DNA of 64,000 bases, taken from an uncultured virus (IMG/VR IMGVR_UViG_3300024505_000864) (taxonomy: Duplodnaviria; Heunggongvirae; Uroviricota; Caudoviricetes). Every line of letters begins with the position of its first letter. The stretch's first letter is position 1. The stretch lies in IMG/VR virus record IMGVR_UViG_3300024505_000864, one strand, 5' to 3'. The notes under the pieces are model-generated. The model saw only the letters and a program-made list of their open reading frames with translations, was not told where the DNA came from and searched no databases. The translations under genes and the position numbers were made by a program. This document shows, piece by piece, positions 19,259 through 29,155 of the stretch.

Positions 19259-22200
19259 GTGTCACCAAAAACCTTTGAATTCAACTTTCGAAGTTGTTCT
19301 TTTAGTTCTAAATTTTCTTCTTTTAAAGTTTTTACACTTTCAATAAGAAGACCAATTAAACCATTATAATTAACTGTCTTAGTTTCTCCATCAGTAACTA
19401 ATTCAGGAATAACTGCTTCAACATCTTGAGCAATAACACCAGCAGATTGCTTTTTGTTTTCCTTCCAGTTAAAAGTTACACCGTTTATTTGAGAAACAAT
19501 TTCTAGTGAATTTTCAATCTTATTAATATTTTCTTTTAATCTTCTGTCTGAAGTTGTATTATAATCAAATGCAGTTACAATACCAGGGAAATTTGCATTT
19601 CTTCCAAAATTAACATCGAGATCGGAGATACTAATAGTTGAATTTAAATTACTACTACTTCTGATTTCAGATGCAATAATCTTTCCTTGGAATGAAACAT
19701 CACCCGATGTGCTATACATATAGAATGAATTTGTTCCATCGGGTGCTTTAATAAATCCACTGGAAGAAATAAATGAATTTGCTGTTACAATTCCAGTAAA
19801 ATTACCAGTAGTCGCAGTAATTGATCCAACTACAATATTTGGAGTTCCAGTAAGTCCCTGAGCAACAGTTGCAATTCCTGCTGAAGTTGCATAAGTTGCA
19901 ATTCCAGAAGAAGTTGAATATGTAGATATTCCTGCAATACTTGCATAAGTTGCAATGCCTGCATAATTTACATACTGTTGATCAGTAAAGGTAATTGTTG
20001 CACCAACACCAATCGAATCAATACTTAAATTATTACCAACAAAATTTATTAAACTAATACTAGAAGCAGATCCAACTAAAACACCATTATCTAATAAAGT
20101 AATACCTTCAATTGCACCAGAAGCAGCAGCAGGTCTCCATTCAGGTTTTCCTGAGGAAACTGAAAGTACATATGATTCTGGACCAATTGAAAGGAAACTG
20201 GTAATACCTACATTTTCCTGATAAGGTATTGCATATGAGGTTCCACCACTTAAATTGATCGAACTAGTTGCAGTTCCACTTAAATTTCCATAGAAATAAT
20301 TGGCAGATACTGAATCATCTGATACTGTTACTGCAGAACCTACTGCAAGTCTAACTCCATTTTTAACTTGAGTGGATCCAATACCAACCCCATAATTAAA
20401 TAACCAAGCATCAGTAGTTCCTGTTCCAAGAGTTCCACCCTTTACCCAAGTTATCTGCTTATAAGTTGAAGAAATATCACCATTTGATAGATTTACTAAT
20501 GGTGAACCCTCAGTACTCGCAATCGAAATTCCACCATAATTAGCAGAAGTATCAGTTTCGTTATGAGATGTAGAGTATCCTAGAACAATATTCTTATCTT
20601 CTATAAGTTGTTCTACAACATTTAATATAACTTGTGTTCCATTAACAGTTAAATTGCCATCAATAACAACGTTATTATTAACTGTAAGATCATTTTGAAT
20701 GGTTACATTATTTGGAAGTCCAACTACTGGGGAAGACCCCTCACCAGTAGAAGATGTAACCTCAACTTCATTTACTGTTCCACTGATAGTCTTAACATAA
20801 TCTCCGAAAGTATCAGTCCCCAGACCGACAGAATTTGGTTGAATAGTTGCAGCAATAGAAACATTTCCTGTTCCATCAAAAGTAACTCCAGAACCTACAA
20901 TGTCACCAGTGATTGAAAATGTTCTTGGAGTTTGAAGTTTAGTTGATTGTGTAGATATTCCTGCAGTAGATGCATATGTTGCAATTCCAGAAGATTGTGA
21001 ATATGCAGGTGTAGAAAATGTAATTACTGCTGTTGTTCCTACACCAGTAGCAGTAACATAATCACCAACAAAATCAATTGTTGCAAAACTGGAAGCAGAT
21101 CCTACAATATTTCCTTCATCTTTAATTGTAATCCCTTCAAGTTTAGATAGAATAAGATCCGTAAGATTCCCACCAGATCCATAAAATGCTGTAGCAGTTA
21201 CAACTCCAGAAACATAAACCTGATTTGCGGTTACAATTCCTAAAGTAGAAATTCCACTGACATTTAAATTAGTAACTGATGCAATTCCACCAATTACGTT
21301 TGTAGATACTCCAGCAGTGGTTGCATAAGTAGCAATTCCAGCAATAGGAGAATAAACTGCTGTTACATTAGTTAATCCTGAACCATCTCCAACATGACTT
21401 CCACTAAAAATACCTGCAGAAAGTCTTCCTGAGAAAGGATTATAAATTAAACCGTTAGTTCTTACGGAAGTATATCCACTTTGACTAGTGAAAAATCCTA
21501 CATAATGATTTTGATTGCCTGAATAAGTACCTATTAAAACCTTATCGGAATTTGTAGCAATGCCTGCTGAAGTTGCATAAGTCGAAGTTGATGCATTTCC
21601 ATCTAAAGTTCCAACAAAAGTTGTTGCAGTAACAACACCACTAAAATTTCCATTACCTGTAACATTTAGATCTGATACTATTTGTCCTCCGATAGACAAA
21701 TTAGTACTAATAGAAACTAAATTTGCATTTAAATATAGATCATTTGGACTCGTTATATTTGGAGTCCCAGCATTAGTAGAAACAAATGAATTTGCAGTTA
21801 CAACACCAGTAAAATTACCATCCCCACTTACATTTAAATTAGTAACTGATGCAATTCCACCTATTACGTTTGTAGAGACTCCTGCAAAATCTGCATAAGT
21901 TGCTATGCCAGAAGAGGTTGCATAGGTTGATATGCCAGAAGAGGTTGCATAGGTTGATATGTCAGAAGAGGTTGCATAGGTTGATATGCCAGAAGAGGTT
22001 GCATAGGTTGCTATGCCTGCAGTAATTGCATAGGTAGCAATACCAGCATAAGAAGCATATTCAGTGTCAGTTTCTGAAAGAGGATACCAGAATCTACCAC
22101 CCTCAGAAGTAGCAGTTGCAACTAAAATAAATACCTCTCCAGGAGGAAGAGGATTTGCCCCTATAGATGAGGGACCAACTAAAGGATCCCCAAGGTTAGG

Positions 22201-22299
22201 TTCAGCTTGCTCTAATCCTAAAAATTGATACCTATCAGGTGTGATATCAACTTGAGGAGTTCTTTTTACTCTCTTACTTAGGAACCCTTGATTTGCCAT
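19255..22299 (-). CDS. Tail fibre with C-terminal intramolecular chaperone (peptidase S74) domain
   Basis: TSDRRLKENI...GVTFNWK...GVIAQDVE...VNYNGLIGLLIESVK; GIATYA repeats. Confidence 0.85.
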   Translation of the reverse strand: MANQGFLSKRVKRTPQVDITPDRYQFLGLEQAEPNLGDPLVGPSSIGANPLPPGEVFILVATATSEGGRFWYPLSETDTEYASYAGIATYAITAGIATYATSSGISTYATSSDISTYATSSGISTYATSSGIATYADFAGVSTNVIGGIASVTNLNVSGDGNFTGVVTANSFVSTNAGTPNITSPNDLYLNANLVSISTNLSIGGQIVSDLNVTGNGNFSGVVTATTFVGTLDGNASTSTYATSAGIATNSDKVLIGTYSGNQNHYVGFFTSQSGYTSVRTNGLIYNPFSGRLSAGIFSGSHVGDGSGLTNVTAVYSPIAGIATYATTAGVSTNVIGGIASVTNLNVSGISTLGIVTANQVYVSGVVTATAFYGSGGNLTDLILSKLEGITIKDEGNIVGSASSFATIDFVGDYVTATGVGTTAVITFSTPAYSQSSGIATYASTAGISTQSTKLQTPRTFSITGDIVGSGVTFDGTGNVSIAATIQPNSVGLGTDTFGDYVKTISGTVNEVEVTSSTGEGSSPVVGLPNNVTIQNDLTVNNNVVIDGNLTVNGTQVILNVVEQLIEDKNIVLGYSTSHNETDTSANYGGISIASTEGSPLVNLSNGDISSTYKQITWVKGGTLGTGTTDAWLFNYGVGIGSTQVKNGVRLAVGSAVTVSDDSVSANYFYGNLSGTATSSINLSGGTSYAIPYQENVGITSFLSIGPESYVLSVSSGKPEWRPAAASGAIEGITLLDNGVLVGSASSISLINFVGNNLSIDSIGVGATITFTDQQYVNYAGIATYASIAGISTYSTSSGIATYATSAGIATVAQGLTGTPNIVVGSITATTGNFTGIVTANSFISSSGFIKAPDGTNSFYMYSTSGDVSFQGKIIASEIRSSSNLNSTISISDLDVNFGRNANFPGIVTAFDYNTTSDRRLKENINKIENSLEIVSQINGVTFNWKENKKQSAGVIAQDVEAVIPELVTDGETKTVNYNGLIGLLIESVKTLKEENLELKEQLRKLNSKVFGDT
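21904..22011. repeat. 27-nt coding tandem repeat x4
   Basis: TATGCCAGAAGAGGTTGCATAGGTTGA units encoding (S/A)TYATSSGI. Confidence 0.9.
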
Positions 22300-22309
22300 T
22301 TCTTATATA

Positions 22310-22666
22310 TTATTGATTAGAAGTTTCAAGAATACTGATAATAAACTTTAAATCAGTTGAACTACTACTACTTATAGTAATATAATCCCCTTGCTCAAGA
22401 ACTAATTTTCCAGGCAATAAGTTTGCAGTATCATTACTAGGAATGTGAAAATTTTTAACAATTTCCGTAGAAACTGTTCCTACACCAGACACTACACGAT
22501 TGTGATACCAACTTAATGTTTGAGTTTCGTTACCAATATTTGAACATTGTGCAAGCAAAAACACTCCAACGAATCCAACGGGTGCTTCATATATATTTTC
22601 TGTCGATAATCCAACAACTTTAGTAATTGTACGGAAATTATTTACTGCTGCTGCTGCAACTGCCAT
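22310..22666 (-). CDS. Small structural protein
   Basis: 118 aa; IYEAP...LLAQCSN...GKLVLEQGD...SILET pattern. Confidence 0.6.
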   Translation of the reverse strand: MAVAAAAVNNFRTITKVVGLSTENIYEAPVGFVGVFLLAQCSNIGNETQTLSWYHNRVVSGVGTVSTEIVKNFHIPSNDTANLLPGKLVLEQGDYITISSSSSTDLKFIISILETSNQ

Positions 22667-22681
22667 TTTTAACGTTCCTCC

Positions 22682-25600
22682 TTAGTCTGATAGTGCAAGA
22701 ATAAAAGGGGTTAAAGTTGTAAACAAACTCTTGGAGTAAATTCTACCAGAAATTGTTCCTGATGCTTGATTTATAACAACTCCATCACCAATTCGGAAAT
22801 TTCCTGCTTGGTCGGTACTGGTATAAACTACAATTCCTCCATTTTCTTGAACAACTTCATTATCTTGAATAGCAACACCACCGAGAGCAGGTTTGGCACG
22901 ATTAATATCATTTCCAGAACCAACCCATTCAAATGAATGAGATGATGTAATTTGTAAACTTACTCGTGTAAAGTATACTGTAGTTCCTGCACTAACTGTA
23001 TTATTTAGGTTCTGTAATAAAGTGATTGTAGAAATTCCGGCACTTGGTAAAGTAGCAGAATCAACTTTATAAAATATTGGTTGCATTCTAGACACTGATG
23101 CTTGTGCTTGAACTCCAACTCCAGTTGGAGGAGCAATCGTGACAGTGGGGGGATTTAAATATTGAGTTCCCGAGTTTATAATATTGATAGAAACCACTCT
23201 TCCATTTTCAATTGTAGATGTAGCTTGAGCAGTAATTCCATTTTCACCCTCAGGTGCAGAGAAAAACACTCTAGGTGCAGATTCATATCCGAATCCACCA
23301 TCAGTAACTTCTACGGTATCGACAAAATTATATAAATCTCCAAAATAACAAACCTGTCCATCATAAGGTCTATATGATCCTAATCCTCCAACCTGTACAT
23401 CATTATTTTTTGCTGGAGAATCTGTGGTAACTGTTCCAGTATAACGATAAATTGATTTAGTATTTTCATCTCCATCTCCATCGGCATAAAGTCCTAGTCT
23501 ACCAAATGATGAGTTAGAGTTTGTAATATCACATTGACCTCCAGATCCAGTAAATACTGAAATATCATTACAAATAGTAAAGATAGAAACTAACTGTGCA
23601 TATGCACCATTTGTAATAGAAACTCCAATTCCACCTTGATTATACTGAGTGTATGAGTCAACACTCATTGTACCAGTAACACCTATATCATTTAAATCAC
23701 CAGGTTCAGCATCAAATCCTTCCACTTTCATGCCTATACTGTTACCAATAAAATTGGTACAGTTTCTTACATATGGTCCCTGTGTAATAGGTCCTACACC
23801 TTTAGAATATGGAGGTAAAACTAATCCTCCAGAAGAATAAGTATGCGGAATAGTAGAAGTTCCAACTACGATTGTAAATGATCCTGGAGATGGTACATCT
23901 ATTACTCTGAACTGATACCCCTCACTTCCTGTTGGATATATTGTAGTGGTCCCTGCACCACTCATACATGTAAATTCTAAATCACGAATTCCAACTAAAT
24001 CACCTACATTAATGATTGCGTTTGGTGAAGAAATTGTAGTAATTCCTGTAGTATGATCATAATCTGCATCTATTACAGGAATAGAACGATCCACTACAAA
24101 TCCACCTGAAACATAAGTATGAGGTAGCGTAGATACTCCAACGTAAATATCAAAAGAACCATCTTCATTAACTTGCTCAACTAAAAATTGATTTCCATAT
24201 TTTCCAGATGGGAACTTTTGAGTAGATGTAGTTATACCAGAAGAACACTCAAATACTAAGTCATATATTTCTACGGTGTCATTTTCTTTTACTGAAAAAT
24301 TAGGAATTGTAAGTGTGGTTCTTCCACTTACTTCATCATAAACTGCATTGGTAACTTCTTTTACTGTTGTAAATCCAATTCCTGCATTTCCTGGATATGT
24401 AACATTAAATACATTGCCCAAAACAGTTGGACCTTGATCAATAATTGTAGTTACAACACCAACACATGAATAGATTGCAGATACTACATTTGCACAAGAA
24501 TTTATATCAATATTTGATCCTGTAGCACTGTCTGCTTGCATTCCAAGATCTCTAATTTGAGTAAATTCGGATTGATAATTACCATCCCAGGAGACATTAT
24601 TAATACAAGATTTTGCAATTCCTGCAGCATAACGAATAGTATCTATAGTTTCAGTCTTAACACCAACAATATGTTGAAGAGTTTCATCACTATAATATGA
24701 AAGTCCTGCTCCTACACACTTAGAATTACCACCCCTAGTAATATCAAAGCAAATTGCTTTAAAAATATCCTTAATGTCATCTTTACATGAAGTATAGTCA
24801 TTACTAGACAAAGTAAATGCTGGATATTGGTAATCTGTACTGGTTAAATATCCAACTGCTTCAGATGCAATAAAATCAAGATTCATACGAATCAGTCTTG
24901 CAGCATCAAAAAATCTATCTTCAGATACACCTAAAAGTGGTTGAAATGCTACAACTGCTGCACCTGAAGTAACATTAGGTCCAACAAAACTCATATCAGT
25001 TATATGGCATCCATTATTTACATGGAATAGATCTCTATCCAAATATTTTGGAGTGACTATACAGTTTCTCAGTTCAGTTCCTTCTACTGATACTGTTCTA
25101 GAAAGAACAATTGGATTTTCTTCAACATAAGCTCCAGGGAATACTTTTATAGTATCTCCAGACAATGCAACTGCGGATGCTGATTTAATTGTTCTTTTTG
25201 GATGATTTTCTGACAATCCTGTATTATTATCATCACCATTTTGGGAAACATAAATTGTTTTACCAACTGGTCTATATGAAGATATTTCAACTACACCCTT
25301 TCCAGCAGTTTGACTGCTGTTAATATCAATACCAATTCCTGCAACAAGTTGTGTTACTATCCCAACCAGTCCTACACCATCACCAAGATATTCATTAGCA
25401 ATAACAGTATTAAGAGTAGATACTCCAGATACAGATAATTGCGTTACCGAAGCAATTCCACCAACAACGTCAGTAGATACACCAGATGCTAAAGTGTATG
25501 CAGAAACTTCTGTTTGGAAAGACGTTCCTGTGATATTAATATCATATGTTCCAGACAGTCTTTCTTTAGGAATAACACCATCAAGAATATTTGCACCATC

Positions 25601-25966
25601 TGTTAAAAAATTTGCAGTATTTGCAGATCCAGTAACATTAATATCATAAGTTCCCTGAAGAACTGATGTGGAAACTATTCCACTCTTAATATTGCCTGCG
25701 TCTTCAAGAAAGTCTGCACTATCTACTGAAACTGGATAATAACCAGATAATCTTTCAGAACTAATTGTTCCTGAAATAATATTTGAACCATTCAGTAAAG
25801 CATTAGCAAAGTCTGCAGTTCCTGAAAAAATACCAACAAATTTGTTTGCAGTAATAGTAGATGCACCTACTATACTATTCCCATCAAGATTTAGATTATC
25901 CCCGTAGGACAGTTCCTCAATCTTACCTGTATCGGGATTAACTATAAGTGGATATCTATCGGCCAT
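22682..25966 (-). CDS. Virion structural/fibre protein with beta-helix-like region
   Basis: IYVSQNGDDNNTG...PKRTIKSA, GPYVRNCT, GGIVVYTSTDQAGNFRIGD. Confidence 0.7.
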   Translation of the reverse strand: MADRYPLIVNPDTGKIEELSYGDNLNLDGNSIVGASTITANKFVGIFSGTADFANALLNGSNIISGTISSERLSGYYPVSVDSADFLEDAGNIKSGIVSTSVLQGTYDINVTGSANTANFLTDGANILDGVIPKERLSGTYDINITGTSFQTEVSAYTLASGVSTDVVGGIASVTQLSVSGVSTLNTVIANEYLGDGVGLVGIVTQLVAGIGIDINSSQTAGKGVVEISSYRPVGKTIYVSQNGDDNNTGLSENHPKRTIKSASAVALSGDTIKVFPGAYVEENPIVLSRTVSVEGTELRNCIVTPKYLDRDLFHVNNGCHITDMSFVGPNVTSGAAVVAFQPLLGVSEDRFFDAARLIRMNLDFIASEAVGYLTSTDYQYPAFTLSSNDYTSCKDDIKDIFKAICFDITRGGNSKCVGAGLSYYSDETLQHIVGVKTETIDTIRYAAGIAKSCINNVSWDGNYQSEFTQIRDLGMQADSATGSNIDINSCANVVSAIYSCVGVVTTIIDQGPTVLGNVFNVTYPGNAGIGFTTVKEVTNAVYDEVSGRTTLTIPNFSVKENDTVEIYDLVFECSSGITTSTQKFPSGKYGNQFLVEQVNEDGSFDIYVGVSTLPHTYVSGGFVVDRSIPVIDADYDHTTGITTISSPNAIINVGDLVGIRDLEFTCMSGAGTTTIYPTGSEGYQFRVIDVPSPGSFTIVVGTSTIPHTYSSGGLVLPPYSKGVGPITQGPYVRNCTNFIGNSIGMKVEGFDAEPGDLNDIGVTGTMSVDSYTQYNQGGIGVSITNGAYAQLVSIFTICNDISVFTGSGGQCDITNSNSSFGRLGLYADGDGDENTKSIYRYTGTVTTDSPAKNNDVQVGGLGSYRPYDGQVCYFGDLYNFVDTVEVTDGGFGYESAPRVFFSAPEGENGITAQATSTIENGRVVSINIINSGTQYLNPPTVTIAPPTGVGVQAQASVSRMQPIFYKVDSATLPSAGISTITLLQNLNNTVSAGTTVYFTRVSLQITSSHSFEWVGSGNDINRAKPALGGVAIQDNEVVQENGGIVVYTSTDQAGNFRIGDGVVINQASGTISGRIYSKSLFTTLTPFILALSD

Positions 25967-26009
25967 TAACTTATGTTTAGATGCTTTTAGTTCTTATAAT
26001 ATATAGGTT

Positions 26010-27692
26010 CTACTCATAAGGCCTAAAATCAAAATTAGATATATCTGAAATAACTGCTTCCAATTCTGTTATTTCTTCATCTAATTTAGATGCAGATTGA
26101 AGAATAGACCATGCATATCTTTGAAGTTTTTCCCTTTGCTTTCTTAACGTATTAGATATAGATGCAGTTTGTTTAATTGCAGGAACATTTTTATTTCTAG
26201 TTTGAGTATAAGAATTTAAAGAATTATTAATTGTATTATCAAAAGAAGAACAGTTTGGAGGAAAAACTCCGAGAGGTGGAGGTCCTGCAGCATATCCAAT
26301 TACATCAGTTGCTGTAGCTGCTACTGTAACTCTAGTTCCTTCGGGTGCATACTTTATAGTATAAATTGGAGGATCACCACCATTAGAAGTTTTTATTGTT
26401 GGCCACTGAGTTGTTCCAATATTATAACCACCTCTTCCTGCTCCTACCTCAGGCTCTGCATTCCTAATACATTCTCTCGTATCTTTATTCCATGTTGTAT
26501 TTGATCTTAAAGTCCCATCACTTTTATATAAACAATCATTTTTATTTTTTTTAGTGCTGTCAACATAAGTTTTTCCGGGTTTATACTTATCAAACTCATT
26601 TTCTATTCCAGATTCGTCAAAATAAACACTACCCCCAGTACCTACAGTTGAAGATCCAATTATACCTATTTTAATAGGAGAATTTGGACTTTTAGTATAA
26701 TCAAATCCTTTATAAATTTGAGAATCAACCCTTAGTGCAATAAGATCTGTAGTCAATCCGGACCTTGATGCTTCAGTTGATAAAAATACTGCAGAATAAT
26801 TAGTAAGTATTCCAACAAAAAATTCACCCTCTTCAATATAATCAGTTGCATTTGCACTCAATATTAAAGTATTGACTGTCAATAAAGATGTTTCTAAAAC
26901 ACCATCTTCACCATAATATTCAATAGGTTGACTGGCACTACCAAAACCAGTAATAGTTGTTAGATATGGAATGACTGGAGGATTAGTACCTACACCCAAA
27001 TGAACAAGAGTCATGCCAGTTTTGATACCAACAAAACTACCTGCACCAAAGTTATTAAAAACATTAGAACCAGTAGAAATACCCCCTATTAGAGATGTTA
27101 TTACACCAACTGAAATAGTTTCACCAAATCCAACTATCTCAGGTAAATTTCCAGGAGAATATATTGAAGGGTTATCAATATCGTCTGAAATTGTATCATT
27201 TATTTTTAATTCAGGTGGTCTAGATGTCGGATTTCCATCTTCATCCGTAATTGCAATAATTGTAGATCCAGAAGAAACATTAGCATAAAACTCTGCAACT
27301 AAAGTTGATCCATAATCACGATCTAAAGGTTTTTTATAATATTTCAAACCAACTTTTGGTTTATAATCATAAGTGTCTGGATTTTTTTGTACTTCCCAAA
27401 CTTTATATTGTCCTATATTAAAAGGTGTAGGAGATTCTATTTCTACCCATTTTAAATCTGTTCTACATCCTGAAGCAATTCTTGCATCATATGCTGCTTT
27501 TACAGCATCTACAGAAGCATTTACTTCACCGGATAAAGGTAAAGTACTTTCATCTATTGGATCAATTAGTCCATCATACTTATCAAGTTTAATATCTATT
27601 AATGATAACTGATCCAATAAATTATTTAATTGATTTTTTTTTCTTATTATCTCTAACTTATATTCTTCAATAATGTCACTAGAATTACTCAT
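26010..27692 (-). CDS. Hypothetical (probably structural) protein with terminal coiled coils
   Basis: 560-aa ORF in the structural operon. Confidence 0.5.
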   Translation of the reverse strand: MSNSSDIIEEYKLEIIRKKNQLNNLLDQLSLIDIKLDKYDGLIDPIDESTLPLSGEVNASVDAVKAAYDARIASGCRTDLKWVEIESPTPFNIGQYKVWEVQKNPDTYDYKPKVGLKYYKKPLDRDYGSTLVAEFYANVSSGSTIIAITDEDGNPTSRPPELKINDTISDDIDNPSIYSPGNLPEIVGFGETISVGVITSLIGGISTGSNVFNNFGAGSFVGIKTGMTLVHLGVGTNPPVIPYLTTITGFGSASQPIEYYGEDGVLETSLLTVNTLILSANATDYIEEGEFFVGILTNYSAVFLSTEASRSGLTTDLIALRVDSQIYKGFDYTKSPNSPIKIGIIGSSTVGTGGSVYFDESGIENEFDKYKPGKTYVDSTKKNKNDCLYKSDGTLRSNTTWNKDTRECIRNAEPEVGAGRGGYNIGTTQWPTIKTSNGGDPPIYTIKYAPEGTRVTVAATATDVIGYAAGPPPLGVFPPNCSSFDNTINNSLNSYTQTRNKNVPAIKQTASISNTLRKQREKLQRYAWSILQSASKLDEEITELEAVISDISNFDFRPYE

Positions 27693-27714
27693 ATACTTTT
27701 CCTCATCAATTTAA

Positions 27715-28602
27715 TTAAGAATTAATTCCTGGTCTATAATCATAATGATATCCAACTATAGATCTTTGATCTTTTCCCGGATAATCTTCTATTTTACCTT
27801 CATATTCTACAACAATTTTATCTACATCTTTTCTTTCACCATAAACAATATAACTACAGTGAACTGCACTCCCTGCATTATTTAGAACTTTAATTTTAGA
27901 CCCCCAATCTGATATTTCATAATAAAGTTCTTGATATGTTCCAATAGGAGTCAGGTAAACTGTAATTGTTTCCGAATCTACTAAACCTTTCCAATATTCT
28001 GGTAATTCTATAATATTAGAATCTTTTAAAATTCCTCTATGATAGACTGCCGCTTCAGGACCTTCTAAACAAATATGAGTCAATCTCCACCCTTTTTTAG
28101 TAGGGTGATGCATATCAAATCCTTTTGGAGGTGATGCTGCTGCAGTAGCTAATTGAGCATCAAGCCATTCACAACTAATAACTCCATCAACTCTCAATGC
28201 TCCATTTACAACTTCTGTAAGATTTGCTATACAAACATCATTACCAATTGCTAAGGCATTGCTGAGACTCGTTCCTTGTTTAATGTCTGCAGATTGTTTA
28301 ATTTCTATTCCTTCACAAACAACTGCACCTGCAAATAAACTAGAACCTTCTACATTAAAAGATCCAATAATATTTGTTATACCATCGACAACAAGAGATG
28401 CAGGAAAAGAAGCAGATACTGGTGGTCCAATTGTGCAAGTAGCTCTTGCTGCAGGAGCAGCAAGAGCAGCACCCATCAAAACAGGTCCATTCAATACTGC
28501 AGTTCCGGGTAAAACTTTACTAGTAGCACTAATAAATGAAGTATCAAGTTGTCCTACAATAAGTTTATCACCTACTTGTGATATAGAAGTGGTATGTGAC
28601 AT
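27715..28602 (-). CDS. gp5-associated baseplate protein
   Basis: FDMHHPTKKGWRLTHICLEGPE...IELPEYWKGLVD domain; downstream of gp5. Confidence 0.55.
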   Translation of the reverse strand: MSHTTSISQVGDKLIVGQLDTSFISATSKVLPGTAVLNGPVLMGAALAAPAARATCTIGPPVSASFPASLVVDGITNIIGSFNVEGSSLFAGAVVCEGIEIKQSADIKQGTSLSNALAIGNDVCIANLTEVVNGALRVDGVISCEWLDAQLATAAASPPKGFDMHHPTKKGWRLTHICLEGPEAAVYHRGILKDSNIIELPEYWKGLVDSETITVYLTPIGTYQELYYEISDWGSKIKVLNNAGSAVHCSYIVYGERKDVDKIVVEYEGKIEDYPGKDQRSIVGYHYDYRPGINS

Positions 28603-28603
28603 A

Positions 28604-29155
28604 TCAAATCATTTTCAAGAATTTTTTAAGATTACTTAAAGCACTTAGTATCGATCCAACAAATGATCCTTGTGTTACATCTGAGAATGACGCACTAGAT
28701 ACTTGAACATTTGCTGCCATATCTACAGTTTGCCCATACATACCAATTTCATTTGTAGCCGTAATATCGACATTTGTTCCTTTCGTTCTAACAATAGGAG
28801 CATTAAATTCTATGATTTTACCGGACCCCAGAGTAATCTCACCACTACCATCTGTAGCAACAATTCTTATATTTCTTGCACGAATTATAATATCTCCAGC
28901 AGGGGCATCTAAATAAATATCACCATTTTTTGCGTATATGACTTTCGCAGGTTCATCATCTACACATTTTGATCCAACAACTTCTATGGAAGTTTTAGGA
29001 TTTGCCTCCACCCTATTTCCGTCTTCTCTAAGTTGAATCGAACTTCCACTATCAGTAGTTACTGCCCATTCATATGTTGCTTCTTTGTTAGTAACATTAT
29101 CATAAATCTTATGTGCAATATTTGTATCTATATTTTGCCTTTCGCTTTTACTCAT
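28604..29155 (-). CDS. gp5 C-terminal-like beta-repeat protein
   Basis: AKNGDIYLDAPAGDIIIRARNIRI spike-like beta repeats. Confidence 0.5.
   Translation of the reverse strand: MSKSERQNIDTNIAHKIYDNVTNKEATYEWAVTTDSGSSIQLREDGNRVEANPKTSIEVVGSKCVDDEPAKVIYAKNGDIYLDAPAGDIIIRARNIRIVATDGSGEITLGSGKIIEFNAPIVRTKGTNVDITATNEIGMYGQTVDMAANVQVSSASFSDVTQGSFVGSILSALSNLKKFLKMI

Noticed and set aside
21904..22011. Regular 27-nt repeats (and 54-nt repeats at 61905-62069) as a CRISPR array
   Set aside because: No unique spacers; units are contiguous, multiples of 3 and in frame within fibre genes; no cas operon (the Cas4-like exonuclease is a standard phage gene)
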